DNA of 34,476 nt from Pseudomonadota bacterium (GTDB taxonomy: Bacteria; Myxococcota_A; Bradymonadia; UBA4248). A model generated the notes under the pieces. That model did not search any database. It saw nothing but the letters and a program-made list of their open reading frames with translations, and was not told where the DNA came from. The position numbers and the translations under genes are program-made. Of the stretch, positions 33,296 to 34,476 are shown piece after piece. Every line of letters begins with the position of its first letter. Position 1 is the first letter of the stretch. Location of the stretch: the NCBI GenBank assembly GCA_017555665.1, contig JAFZFY010000215.1, positions 1 through 34,476 of the forward strand, given 5' to 3'.

Positions 33296-34408
33296 ATGTT
33301 TCATAAATTTTGGCCGATATTTATATTTTTAACGGGCTGTGCCTCTGCATCTTTGCCGGCAACGAATGTGCCTGAAACGCCCGTGGAGGCGCTTGATCAC
33401 GAAGCCGATTCGATGATCATCCCAGAGCATGCGCAACGCACGCCATCGGGTTATGCGTATATGACGCTTCATCCGGGCGGCGAGAAGCCGTTGCCGACGG
33501 ATGCGGTTCGCGTGCATCTCAAGGTGCTCACGGTCGAGGGGACGGTCGTCGATGAGAACGACGCGACGCTTGCGGTCTCGCATTCGACACCTTTTTTTGA
33601 GGAATTTTTGCCGCAGATGGCGATTGGCGAGAAGATTCGTGTGTGGGGTGACCAGGCGCGGATCTGGGAAATCGAGATGCTGTCGGTCGATGCGCATTTT
33701 CGGGCACCCGAGGATGTGTCTGCGCCGCCTGCGGATGCGCTTTCGCTGCCGGAAGCGGCTGGCGTGCGCTATCGCGTATTAGATGCCGGTCATGGGGAAA
33801 AGCCGAAGCCCGGGCAGGCGTTGCGCGTTCAGGCGACGCGCTGGAAGGATACTGGCGAGATCTTGGAGAGCAATCGCGACAGCAGGGGAATGGTCATTTT
33901 TTTGACGGAGGAGGCGACACAGGTCGATCCGGTGCATGATGCCGTGCTGCGCGAACTCAACGAGGGCGCGCATGCCAGGCTTTGGATTCCTGCGGAGATG
34001 CTGGGGGCTGGGTTCGGGATCACGGAAGATCTTTGGCTGGTGGAATACCTGCATGGGCTGGATGTGCCGACGGAACTGGCAGCACCTGCCGATGCGCAGA
34101 TCGTCGAACCCGATGCCGCGTGGATGCGCTTTGAAACGCGCACGGGCGCAGAAAATCTAAAGGAGAACGATGCTGTGGCCGTCGAGATGACCTGCTGGAA
34201 CGGCGCGACTGGTGCGCTTGTAGATTCGAGCATTGTCCGCGATAAACATGATATTATGGAAATCAAGCCTGCCCTCGGTGTTTGGCAAAAGATCATGATG
34301 GCGGCAGCGCCGGGGGATATATTTATGACCTGGATCAAAACATCGGCGCTTCCTGAACAGGTGAATATGGATCTTGTGTGTCGTGTAAAGGTATTTGAAA
34401 AAGTATAG
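33296..34408 (+). CDS. Lipoprotein with three divergent FKBP-type PPIase-like domains
   Basis: Lipobox FLTGC; repeated FKBP-like segments (TPSGYAY..LHPG..MAIGEKIRVW; GVRYRVLDAGHGEKP..LNEGAHARLWIPAE; GALVDSS..PGDIFMTWI). Confidence 0.72.
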   Translation: MFHKFWPIFIFLTGCASASLPATNVPETPVEALDHEADSMIIPEHAQRTPSGYAYMTLHPGGEKPLPTDAVRVHLKVLTVEGTVVDENDATLAVSHSTPFFEEFLPQMAIGEKIRVWGDQARIWEIEMLSVDAHFRAPEDVSAPPADALSLPEAAGVRYRVLDAGHGEKPKPGQALRVQATRWKDTGEILESNRDSRGMVIFLTEEATQVDPVHDAVLRELNEGAHARLWIPAEMLGAGFGITEDLWLVEYLHGLDVPTELAAPADAQIVEPDAAWMRFETRTGAENLKENDAVAVEMTCWNGATGALVDSSIVRDKHDIMEIKPALGVWQKIMMAAAPGDIFMTWIKTSALPEQVNMDLVCRVKVFEKV

Positions 34409-34415
34409 TTTGGGG

Positions 34416-34476
34416 GCGCGGGCTATGCCTGCGGCATACGCCCTGCGCGCGCGGCTATTGCTTCGCAATACGCCGC
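34416..34476. repeat. Pair of bulged-hairpin REP-like repeats
   Basis: GGGC-TATGCC-TGC-GGCATA-C-GCCC (34420-34443) and GCGGC-TATTGC-TTC-GCAATA-C-GCCGC (34451-34476). Confidence 0.8.

Noticed and set aside
138-34476. Bulged hairpins as canonical integron attC sites or intrinsic terminators
   Set aside because: No RYYYAAC/GTTRRRY boxes, too short, flanking genes are housekeeping and no integrase is present; no U-tracts and orientation is independent of transcription

Overview
GC-rich bacterial chromosomal segment with about 25 genes. It looks Myxococcota/Bradymonadia-like (inferred from the eukaryote-type Ser/Thr kinase, FHA coiled-coil, TPR, dynamin-like and Cys-rich lipoprotein content) and is possibly gut-associated. 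Housekeeping genes: recF, yigZ, RlmK-like methyltransferase, xseA/xseB, infC, rarA, folD, an M16 peptidase pair and an FKBP lipoprotein. No rRNA, tRNA, CRISPR array or transposase was seen. Most notable items: (1) a lipoprotein built from six tandem modules with the C-x5/8-C-x3-C-xn-C-x4-C-x-C spacing of CSab defensins/scorpion toxins, at the end of a recF-dynamin operon; (2) a dispersed family of at least 10 intergenic hairpins with freely varying stems but a fixed C-TAT...ATA-C-G single-base-bulge core; (3) a 172-bp MITE-like insertion with 14-bp TIRs and an exact 8-bp target duplication upstream of infC; (4) an FHA coiled-coil + Ycf46-like AAA + DUF1257 + DUF2997 cluster; (5) a degenerate PFOR-like protein with a C-terminal ferredoxin and in-frame palindromic repeats; (6) a pseudokinase-kinase tandem. 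All family calls come from motif recognition by eye; no searches were run.
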